From contig JAMPEJ010000001.1 in NCBI GenBank assembly GCA_023665205.1, positions 78,955 to 142,954 of the forward strand: a DNA stretch of 64,000 bases, in the 5' to 3' direction. Shown one piece after another: positions 56,065 to 64,000 of this stretch. The notes beneath the pieces were generated by a model. That model was not told the DNA's origin. It made no database searches and saw only the letters and a list, made by a program, of their open reading frames with translations. This DNA comes from Corallococcus sp. (lineage in GTDB: Bacteria > Bacillota > Clostridia > Christensenellales > CAG-314). Numbering within the stretch: position 1 is the stretch's first letter; every line of letters starts with the position of its first letter. Made by a program: the position numbers and the translations under genes.

Positions 56065-56106
56065 CGCCGACCGTTAACAATAACAGATAAGTCGGCGCTT
56101 TTTTTG
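56065..56106. terminator. Bidirectional rho-independent terminator between the YhcN-like gene and the M3 peptidase gene
   Basis: Stem CGCCGAC...GTCGGCG, followed by CTTTTTTT on the plus strand and TTATTATTTTT on the minus strand. Confidence 0.7.
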
Positions 56107-56119
56107 CAAATGAATTTTT

Positions 56120-57796
56120 CTATAACCCTAAAATTTTCTCACATGAAGCGACAACCATTTTGAAACTATCTTCTTCAAAGGGAGATTTAAGTCCGCATTC
56201 TGACAACAATTCCGTAAACGTTTTTGTACCGCCGAAATTCAAAAATTTGATATAATTTTCAAACGTCGCGGCATAGTTTTCTTGAGACATAGCCAAAAAT
56301 TGCAACGCGGTAAATTGCGCAAAACAATAGTCAATGTAGTAGAACGGGCTTTCAAAGATGTGAGCCTGTCTCTGCCAACGACGACCGTCTTGCACTGCAG
56401 GTATTCCTTCCGTAGACATATACGGAATAAACTGCTTTTCTATCTTATTGTAAAAAGCGTTTCTTTCCGTAGGCGTCATTTCGGGATTATCGTAACACGT
56501 TTGCTGAAAATAGTCTACTATAGTGCCGTACGGAATAAAGGTTACCGCACCGCCGATATGATAAAACTTGTATTCTTCCGTTTTATTGCCGAAAAATAAA
56601 TTCAACCACGGATATACCAAAAATTCCATCGACATCGAATGGACTTCAGCCGTTTCCATCGAAATACTGCTCAAAAATTCGCTCTCGATGAAAAACGATT
56701 TGTAAAATTCCAACGCGTGTCCGAATTCATGCGTCAACACGTCTATATCACCCGCCGATCCGTTCCAATTGGAAAGTATAAATGGAAGTTGATATTGAGG
56801 AAGCCCTTCACAGTAACCTCCGCCCCACTTGCCTTCGCGAGACATAACGTCAAAACATTCGCATTGCACCATCTTATCAAACAATTTGCCAGTTTCGGGG
56901 GACATCTCGTTGTACATTTTAGAGGCATTTGCAAATATTTCTTTAGGAGATCCGATAGGCTTAGGAGTTTCCTTTGTAAATACGGCGTCGTCGTAGACGT
57001 ATTGCTGTCCGAGATTCAAATTTTCGCCGACTTTGTTACGAATTTTTACACACAACGGCACAAGGTATTTCAAAACGTTTTCACGAAACTTTGCTATATC
57101 TTCTTTTGTGTAGCAATTGCGTTGCATTTGCAAATATCCCAAAGGCGAAAAGTTTTTATACCCCAACTTTTTTCCCATTTTTGTACGTACTTTAACTAGC
57201 TTGTCGTACAATTCGTCCAATTTATCTTTATTATCCTCTATGGCCTGTCCAAATGCAATGTACGCGTCGCGACGCAAATTTCTGTCGGGATCGGTAAAAT
57301 ACTTGCGTATACCGCTCATAGGCAATTTTTCGCCGTTAAAATCAATAACGATGCCGCTCATCAATTTGGTATATGCTGTTGTCAATTTGTTTTGTTCCAC
57401 TTTTTCCGCAACGATTTTAGGATCGTTTGCATCCACCGCCATTTGCAAATTTTTGAACATTACTTTAGGAAAACGCTTTTCCAAATCCTTGCGAAATTTA
57501 CTATTCAAATAACAATTGGCTATTTCTGCCGCAGCAACGGAAATCTCCGGGCCTATTTCGTCTAAATAGTCTTGCTCAGCGGCATAAAACTCGTCTCTCG
57601 TATCCTGTGTAAAGCGAATAAACGCTATGCGAATATTCGTTCCGAGCGTTTCGTTAAACTCTTTGTATTCGTCATGCACAGCGTAAAACTCTTCCACCGT
57701 ACCAGCCTTGCAAAAACGGCTCTTGAAATCGGCAAATTTTGCCAAAACTTCGTCTTTATCAGGACGCACGTATTTAATCTCGGAAATTTTTACCAT
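56120..57796 (-). CDS. M3 family oligoendopeptidase (PepF-like)
   Basis: Zinc motif HEFGH (LTHEFGHALEF) and a downstream E ligand context. 558 aa, RBS AAAGGAGAA. Confidence 0.85.
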   Translation of the reverse strand: MVKISEIKYVRPDKDEVLAKFADFKSRFCKAGTVEEFYAVHDEYKEFNETLGTNIRIAFIRFTQDTRDEFYAAEQDYLDEIGPEISVAAAEIANCYLNSKFRKDLEKRFPKVMFKNLQMAVDANDPKIVAEKVEQNKLTTAYTKLMSGIVIDFNGEKLPMSGIRKYFTDPDRNLRRDAYIAFGQAIEDNKDKLDELYDKLVKVRTKMGKKLGYKNFSPLGYLQMQRNCYTKEDIAKFRENVLKYLVPLCVKIRNKVGENLNLGQQYVYDDAVFTKETPKPIGSPKEIFANASKMYNEMSPETGKLFDKMVQCECFDVMSREGKWGGGYCEGLPQYQLPFILSNWNGSAGDIDVLTHEFGHALEFYKSFFIESEFLSSISMETAEVHSMSMEFLVYPWLNLFFGNKTEEYKFYHIGGAVTFIPYGTIVDYFQQTCYDNPEMTPTERNAFYNKIEKQFIPYMSTEGIPAVQDGRRWQRQAHIFESPFYYIDYCFAQFTALQFLAMSQENYAATFENYIKFLNFGGTKTFTELLSECGLKSPFEEDSFKMVVASCEKILGL

Positions 57797-57892
57797 AAAT
57801 ATTCTCCTTTAATAATATAAACAAATTTTACTACAATTGCCCGTAATTGACAACAATGTATGTTCGCCAAAAATGTAAAAAACATATTTAGT

Positions 57893-58843
57893 TTATTGCA
57901 TCAAACGCGTATTTTCTACTTTTTCAACAAATTCCGTCACTACTTTCCAATACTCGTTCTTATTTGTTACGTGACTTCTTGCGTGCCCTGCGTCTTCAAA
58001 CAAGTGTAATTCCGAAAGAGAATTATTTGATACAGCGTACATTTTTTCACTGTGCTCGGGCAAAATAAATTTATCCGCTTTGCCGTGAATAAAACATATA
58101 GGAGTTTCGCTTTGTTTTACGGCTGCTATCGGACTAACGTTTCTAAAATCGTACCCGTTTTTTCGTTTCGACATTAAATTTGCCATATCTACAACTGGAA
58201 ACGACGGCAAGTGCGTCACCTTGGCGGACAATTGTCTGTAATACGTCATAGTATCGGAAAAAGCGCAATCCGCCACAACAAAATCTATATCCTTGCGCAA
58301 GCCTAATTCCAAGAGTACAGTAGCCGCTCCAAGACTTTCTCCGTGCAATCCTACAAACGCGTCTTTTCCGAATTTTTCACGAACCAAATGCAAAACGCTA
58401 CTCAAATCGTAACGTTCTCCGTCTCCCAAAGTAGTACTTTTTCCGTCAGACTCGCCAAAGTACGCGTGGTCGTAAATAACTATATTGTACCCCATTGCGT
58501 AAAAAATATCGGCGTATTTAACAGAATTTATTCTGTTCCATGTATGCCCGTGACAAATAACCGCAACCTTGCGAGGATCGGATTCTTTATCACTAAAGAT
58601 TATCTCGCCTCTAATTTTCCCTTGAATGCCTTCGACTTCAAACTTCTCCTTTTTCCATACGCGATCATATGTATCAAAATTCATATTTTCGTATTTTATT
58701 TGAAACTCTCTCGCCTGTTCCAACGAATGCGCTTTAGGCGTGGTAGCAGATTTAAGTAGGGCCTTTGCTATAATAGAACACAGCAAAACGTAAATAACCG
58801 CCGCTCCGCCAACTGCTATCAAAACTATCCAATACCAATCCAT
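57893..58843 (-). CDS. Alpha/beta hydrolase with an N-terminal membrane anchor
   Basis: N-terminal TM segment (WYWIVLIAVGGAAVIYVLLCSII), nucleophile elbow GLHGESLGAA, and C-terminal GHARSH. Confidence 0.75.
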   Translation of the reverse strand: MDWYWIVLIAVGGAAVIYVLLCSIIAKALLKSATTPKAHSLEQAREFQIKYENMNFDTYDRVWKKEKFEVEGIQGKIRGEIIFSDKESDPRKVAVICHGHTWNRINSVKYADIFYAMGYNIVIYDHAYFGESDGKSTTLGDGERYDLSSVLHLVREKFGKDAFVGLHGESLGAATVLLELGLRKDIDFVVADCAFSDTMTYYRQLSAKVTHLPSFPVVDMANLMSKRKNGYDFRNVSPIAAVKQSETPICFIHGKADKFILPEHSEKMYAVSNNSLSELHLFEDAGHARSHVTNKNEYWKVVTEFVEKVENTRLMQ

Positions 58844-58849
58844 CTAAGA

Positions 58850-59554
58850 TTACCTCTCTTGTAAAATTACGCCGCTATCCCTGCCCGTTGCCAGACGAAC
58901 GATATCACGCGCGACGTCTTCCGGCAACAACACCGACGTTCCGTTTTCACGACAAAATTCTTCAATTTCGTTTTTTGAAAGATTCGCGCACATATCCGTC
59001 ATAACTATCGGAGGGCAAACGCAATTGACGCGAACGCCGCAAAAAGCCAATTCTTCCGACAAACTCTTTGTCAAACCCACTATGGCGTGCTTGCTCATAG
59101 AATACACGCTTTCGCACGAAGCGCCGGAAACTCCCCAAATAGACGATACGTTTACGATAGCGCCGCCGCCTTGCCTTAAAAAAAACGGTATAGCGTGCTG
59201 GCAACACAAAAAAGTACCTTTTGCATTGATATCCATAACGCGATTGTATTGATCGTCCGTTACGTTTTGACACAAGGCAGAAAGAGCAACGCCTGCATTA
59301 TTGACCAAAACGTCTAGCCTCTTAAAAAACTTAGCTACCCAATCAAACATTTCCGCCACTTCCCGTGTATCCGACACGTCAGCCTTATACAAATGAACGT
59401 CGCAACCGCAATCGAGCAGTTCCGTTCTCAGGCTTTCTGCAGCAACTTTATTTTTGTGCCAATTGATCAATACGGTATATTTTTCCCGCGCAAATGCCTT
59501 TGCAGTAGCTGCACCGATTCCTCGCGATCCGCCCGTAATTAAAGCAACTTTCAT
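58850..59554 (-). CDS. SDR family oxidoreductase (FabG-like)
   Basis: TGGSRGIGAA, NNAG, and YSMSKHA active-site context. I chose the ATG at 59554 (MKVALITGG). Confidence 0.85.
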   Translation of the reverse strand: MKVALITGGSRGIGAATAKAFAREKYTVLINWHKNKVAAESLRTELLDCGCDVHLYKADVSDTREVAEMFDWVAKFFKRLDVLVNNAGVALSALCQNVTDDQYNRVMDINAKGTFLCCQHAIPFFLRQGGGAIVNVSSIWGVSGASCESVYSMSKHAIVGLTKSLSEELAFCGVRVNCVCPPIVMTDMCANLSKNEIEEFCRENGTSVLLPEDVARDIVRLATGRDSGVILQER

Positions 59555-59641
59555 ATAAAACGCTCCGATTTCCAATACTATGAGTGACATAGTATTATAC
59601 AAAAATTCCTTTTTTGAAATAATTCAAACAACAAAATTGAA

Positions 59642-61522
59642 TTAATTTTCCTGCAACCTTTCCCATTCTGCAGTCGCTTTTTCAAGTTCAACATTTTTTA
59701 CGTTTACTTCGTCAACAACGGCCGCCAGTTTTTGATAATCTGAAACAATCTCAGGATCGCTCAATTTTGCATTCAACGCCGTAATTTCCGCTTCCAATTG
59801 TGTTATAAACGATTCGCATTCTTTTATTTTACGCGCACGGTTGGTTTGCTCTGCACGTTGTTTAGCGTTGCGAAAACTACTGTCTGCAATGGAAGACTTA
59901 GTGACAACTACTGTAGTTTTTGCGATTCGTCTTGCAGCAAAGTCATCGTAATTTCCGCTGTGCAGTACTATTTTTTCGTTGCAAAGTTCGGCAACTTGAT
60001 CGGCAACGCTATTGACAAAATATCTGTCGTGCGAAACGAACAGCAAAGTTCCCGTATAGCTTTTCAAAGCGTCTTCCAACGCCTCTCGACTTGGCAAATC
60101 TAAATGATTGGTTGGCTCGTCCAATAACAAGAAATTGTAATCTTTTGCCATTATCAATGCCAACGCCAATTTCGCCCTTTCACCACCCGACAGTTCAGAT
60201 ACTTTCTTATACACGTCGTCGGCACCCAAGGTCACTTGAGCAAGCAAGGCACGGACTTCGGTTTGCGACATTCTCATATTATCAAACCATAACTGATCTA
60301 TAACCCGCGCCGTCCCGTCCAAATTAAAGTTTTCCTGATCGTAATAACCTACACGAACGTTTTTGCCGAAAATAATTTTACCGCAATCTTTGGGATCAAG
60401 CGCAGCAATTTTTCGCATTACAGTAGATTTTCCGGTTCCGTTCAAACCCAATAACGCAACTTTTTTTCCGCGGCGAATTTGTAATTCAGCACCGTTCAGC
60501 AACAAACGTCCATCGTATCCCAACGTCAAATTTTTGATCGTAAGCGGAAATTCCGAAGGCTCGCTACCACAATCAAAAATAAATCGCGGCGGTTGCTCAT
60601 CTCGTTTAGGGGTTGCAACAACCTCCATTCTTTGCAACGCTTTTTCTCGCGATTTTGCCATGTCTGCAGTGGACGCGCGCACTTTATTTCGCGCAATATA
60701 GTCAGTCAGTTTTGCTATTTCTTTTTGCTGTTTATCGAAAGCGCGTTGCTCGTTTGCGCGTCGCTCCGCCTTCAAAGACTTATATTTAGTGTAATTTCCT
60801 TTATATGCCTCGATTTTTTTATGTTGCACGTCCCATATCGAAGTACACAACCTATCCAAAAAATATCTGTCGTGCGAAACCACAATCAAAGTGGATTTTT
60901 TGTCGGACAAAAAAGTTTCCAGCCAATCTAAAGTTTTGTAATCCAAGTGATTGGTAGGTTCGTCAAGAATCAGCAATTCCGGCTTTTGCAGCAACAGTTT
61001 GCATAGCGCCGCTTTGGTTTTCTCGCCTCCGGAAAGAGTAGAAACGAGTCTATCTGAGAACTGCGCCATCCCCATTCCGTTCAATACGGTCCTTACTTTG
61101 ACGGTACTCTGATACGCCTCGCAAGCATCGGCCTCCAGCGTCAATCTGTGATATTTTTCCGCAAGCGTAACGTATGCCTCGCCATCAAATGCAACTTTAC
61201 TCATACTTGTTGCAACATCGTTAATTTGCGAAATAAGGGCCGTTTGACGCTCAAATACCTTCATCATTTCATCCAACAAAGTATTTTCGGAAGAAAAATC
61301 GGCATTTTGTTTTAAGTAACCTATATTCAAACCGCTCTTTTTAATAATACTTCCGGAAAATAGAGTCGCTCCTTCGGCAATGCAACTCAACAGCGTGCTT
61401 TTACCTGCGCCGTTTGCGCCAACTAGCCCGATATTATCACCTTCGTTTACTTCCAAATTTACGTTTTCAAATATCGTAACGTCGCCGTATCTAAATTCCG
61501 CCGACTTAATTTGCAATAACAT
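59642..61522 (-). CDS. ABC-F family ATPase (two ABC domains, linker, C-terminal coiled coil; Uup/YfmR-like or ARE-type)
   Basis: Two Walker A motifs (GANGAGKST, GLNGTGKST), two LSGGE signatures, no TM domain, and a C-terminal coiled coil (ITQLEAEITALNAKL...). Confidence 0.9.
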   Translation of the reverse strand: MLLQIKSAEFRYGDVTIFENVNLEVNEGDNIGLVGANGAGKSTLLSCIAEGATLFSGSIIKKSGLNIGYLKQNADFSSENTLLDEMMKVFERQTALISQINDVATSMSKVAFDGEAYVTLAEKYHRLTLEADACEAYQSTVKVRTVLNGMGMAQFSDRLVSTLSGGEKTKAALCKLLLQKPELLILDEPTNHLDYKTLDWLETFLSDKKSTLIVVSHDRYFLDRLCTSIWDVQHKKIEAYKGNYTKYKSLKAERRANEQRAFDKQQKEIAKLTDYIARNKVRASTADMAKSREKALQRMEVVATPKRDEQPPRFIFDCGSEPSEFPLTIKNLTLGYDGRLLLNGAELQIRRGKKVALLGLNGTGKSTVMRKIAALDPKDCGKIIFGKNVRVGYYDQENFNLDGTARVIDQLWFDNMRMSQTEVRALLAQVTLGADDVYKKVSELSGGERAKLALALIMAKDYNFLLLDEPTNHLDLPSREALEDALKSYTGTLLFVSHDRYFVNSVADQVAELCNEKIVLHSGNYDDFAARRIAKTTVVVTKSSIADSSFRNAKQRAEQTNRARKIKECESFITQLEAEITALNAKLSDPEIVSDYQKLAAVVDEVNVKNVELEKATAEWERLQEN

Positions 61523-61534
61523 TTATTCTTATCC

Positions 61535-61615
61535 TCAATACAAATTTTGACGGCAAATGCCGTCAAAACAGTCACGATATAGACAAATTATCCAATCGCA
61601 GACGATACCGTGCAA
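61535..61615 (-). CDS. Candidate 26-codon leader uORF (MHGIVCDWIICLYRDCFDGICRQNLY)
   Basis: AAAGGAGG (61630..61623), 7 nt, TTG 61615. The frame runs through hairpin TTTTGACGGCA/TGCCGTCAAAA (61569..61544). Its TGA (61537..61535) overlaps the GAGGA RBS of the ABC-F gene. Confidence 0.35.
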   Translation of the reverse strand: MHGIVCDWIICLYRDCFDGICRQNLY

Positions 61616-61658
61616 CGGCGAACCTCCTTTATGGCGTTCACGCATATACAGAATACCG

Positions 61659-64000
61659 CTATTTTTTCACTCTTATCTTAAATTTTCTTTTGTTATACTT
61701 TCCGTGGAACAATTTTACAAATGCGAAAAGCACGAAAGGCATAGCCAATATTTCCACCAACAACAACAAAATTTGCTCGCGGTTTAACGGAGCGTATTGT
61801 AACAACCTGCTGATAACAGGCACGCTGACGCAAAGCGTAACTATTGCAAATATACCGCAGTACATTGCCATCTTCCACTTGTTAAACGGTCTGCAAGCGT
61901 AATACAAAGCGAACAGTCCGCCAAACGTATAGGATATCGTAACCAACGTTCCTAACGCTTTCTCATCCGGAATCATACTCGGATTTGTTGCCGATTGCAA
62001 GACGTACAAAGATACGGTAGACAAAATAAATGTCAATGAAGCGGGCAAGCAACGTTTAAGAACGTTTGCAAAAAAGTTGCCCTTTATCAAACTCTCGTTT
62101 GGCTGCAAAGCCAACAAGGTAGTCGGCAACGCCACTACCACCCAGTCCATAAGCATAACTTGACGGTTAGTCAAAGGCGACGTCATCGTCATATCGAATA
62201 AAAAGTGCATAGTGATCAACATCAAGTTTATTACGATAACATACACGGTCTTCATAAAGTACATTGACGTTGCGCTTTGAATATTGTTTACTACTCGGCG
62301 TCCTTCCGCCACAACTTCCGGCAAAGCAGAAAAACTGTCGTCCATAAGTATCAAATGAGAAACCTTTCTTGCCGCATCGCTGCCTCCCGCAAGAGATATG
62401 GAGCAGTCGGATTCTTTCATAGCCAAAATATCGTTTACGCCGTCACCCGTCATTGCAACAGTGCTGCCTGCCGCACGCATTGCACGAACCAAAATCGCTT
62501 TTTGCTCGGGTGAGACTCTGCCGAATACAGTATATTTGGTTGCAGCATCCTTTACTTCATCCTCGGACATACCTTCAAGACTGATATACTTTTCGGCATT
62601 AGCAACGCCAACTCTCATTGCGATATTAGACACAGCCGTCGGATTGTCTCCTGAAATCACTTTGATTGAAACGCCGTTTTTAACAAACCACTCTATGGTG
62701 GAGGGTGCGTCGCTACGTATATGATCCTCTATCACGATAACCGCTACCGGACGGCGCACCGTAGGCAGGGTTTCGGTATTGTAAATTGCCGATGAAGAAT
62801 GGGCAAGCAACAAGACACGTAATCCCTGTTCGGCGTATTTCTTTACCAGATCGTTCACGCGTTCGTTAGGCGTATGCAACACATATTCCGGAGCACCCAA
62901 CAGGTAAGTACCATTACCCTTAAATGACACCGCAGACAGTTTTCTTTCCGATGAGAACGGAATCGTAGCAATCGCTTCCAACGTAGGTTTTTTGGGACAT
63001 CCGAAAAACTTTTTCAAAGCCTTACTAGTCATATTGTCAGCATCAAGCGCCGCATTCATGCTAGAAACGATTTCCCTCACAGTGTACGCCGCACCGTTCG
63101 GACGCAGATCTATACTTTCTTCCACGCGCATGGATCCGTCAGTTATAGTTCCAGTTTTGTCCAAGCAAAGCGTATCCACGCGGGCAAGCATTTCTATGCA
63201 GTACAATTCCTGCACCATCGTTTTTCTCCGCGCTAAGCGCAAAAACGAGGCCGCCAATGCGATGCTCGTCAACAAGAACGGTCCTGCGGGTATCATAGAA
63301 ATTATCGATCCAGCAGTCAAATTAAGTGCCTTCGTATCCAACGACAGCAACGAAAAGTTTTCAAAAGCTCCCTTGCCCGGAACAAAACTGTCGCTTTGAA
63401 TATACAGCGCCGAAGCGTTTACAATATACAAACCTACAGTAAGAGGAACGACGATTATGGCAATAAACACCAAAATACCTTTCAATGCTTTAAGCATTTG
63501 GCTGCGCGGTTTGTTGTATTGTTTTGCTTTGCCCGTCAGATTAGAGATATAGTTAAACTTTCCTACTTGCGTTACTTGCGCGGTACATTTGCCTGACACA
63601 ACGAAACTACCGGCATACAAAGTGTCGCCTACGCGTTTGGTTACAGCGTCGCTTTCACCTGTTAAAATAGACTCGTTGACTTCCACAAAACCGTCGCAAA
63701 TCGTACAGTCGGCGGATATTTGCGCTCCGCTAGCCAAAAACACTATATCGTCCAACACGAGATCATTGACAGAAATCTCCTTATTTTCCCCCTCACGCAA
63801 CACTTGCACTTTAGGCTCGGTGATAAGATTCAGTTTGTCCAAAGTCAGTTTGGATTTTATCTCTTGCACTATTGCGATAGTAGTATTAGCAATAACCACA
63901 GGCAAAAAAGTGCACTCCAAAACCAATCCGTACACGCACAAAATTACCGCTATAACGATGTAAATGACGTTAAAAAATGTAAAAAGATTGGAAAATATTA
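61659..64000 (-). CDS. Cation-translocating P-type ATPase (N-terminus beyond the right edge)
   Basis: CLDKTGTITDG phosphorylation motif, TGES actuator motif, MTGDGVNDILAM hinge, and C-terminal TM helices. The frame is open through 64000; the track start at 63941 is an internal TTG. Confidence 0.9.
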   Translation of the reverse strand, partial: IFSNLFTFFNVIYIVIAVILCVYGLVLECTFLPVVIANTTIAIVQEIKSKLTLDKLNLITEPKVQVLREGENKEISVNDLVLDDIVFLASGAQISADCTICDGFVEVNESILTGESDAVTKRVGDTLYAGSFVVSGKCTAQVTQVGKFNYISNLTGKAKQYNKPRSQMLKALKGILVFIAIIVVPLTVGLYIVNASALYIQSDSFVPGKGAFENFSLLSLDTKALNLTAGSIISMIPAGPFLLTSIALAASFLRLARRKTMVQELYCIEMLARVDTLCLDKTGTITDGSMRVEESIDLRPNGAAYTVREIVSSMNAALDADNMTSKALKKFFGCPKKPTLEAIATIPFSSERKLSAVSFKGNGTYLLGAPEYVLHTPNERVNDLVKKYAEQGLRVLLLAHSSSAIYNTETLPTVRRPVAVIVIEDHIRSDAPSTIEWFVKNGVSIKVISGDNPTAVSNIAMRVGVANAEKYISLEGMSEDEVKDAATKYTVFGRVSPEQKAILVRAMRAAGSTVAMTGDGVNDILAMKESDCSISLAGGSDAARKVSHLILMDDSFSALPEVVAEGRRVVNNIQSATSMYFMKTVYVIVINLMLITMHFLFDMTMTSPLTNRQVMLMDWVVVALPTTLLALQPNESLIKGNFFANVLKRCLPASLTFILSTVSLYVLQSATNPSMIPDEKALGTLVTISYTFGGLFALYYACRPFNKWKMAMYCGIFAIVTLCVSVPVISRLLQYAPLNREQILLLLVEILAMPFVLFAFVKLFHGKYNKRKFKIRVKK

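Overview
The window looks like core chromosome of an endospore-forming Firmicute, probably Clostridia-like. About 80% of genes are on the minus strand. I saw no transposase, integrase, phage, CRISPR or rRNA sequence. Sporulation genes include yunB, spoVAC-AD-AE, spoIIAA-spoIIAB-sigF, spoIVA, a ylmC/ymxH-like gene, sigG and a YhcN/YlaJ-like gene. Housekeeping genes include pheST, der, plsY, tdk, fhs, a parE/parC-like topoisomerase pair, murG, ddl, a murF-like ligase, tsaE-tsaB-rimI, deoC, an ABC-F ATPase and a P-type ATPase cut by the right edge. RNA features are eight tRNAs (a six-gene minus-strand operon plus Cys and Leu on the plus strand) and three known riboswitch or leader classes: T-box before pheST, preQ1-I before a YhhQ-type transporter, and FMN before a RibU-like ECF S component. 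I found no convincing novel multi-gene system. The most interesting items are regulatory or architectural: an orphan Shine-Dalgarno (SD) plus 26-codon uORF crossing a hairpin just before the ABC-F gene; a WYL regulator with paired operators and a divergent short transcript; a catalytically degenerate IlvD/Edd paralog next to sigG; a membrane-anchored MurF-like ligase; three candidate leaderless mRNAs; and phased palindromes upstream of the topoisomerase operon. All functional calls rest on motif recognition by eye, with no database search run.
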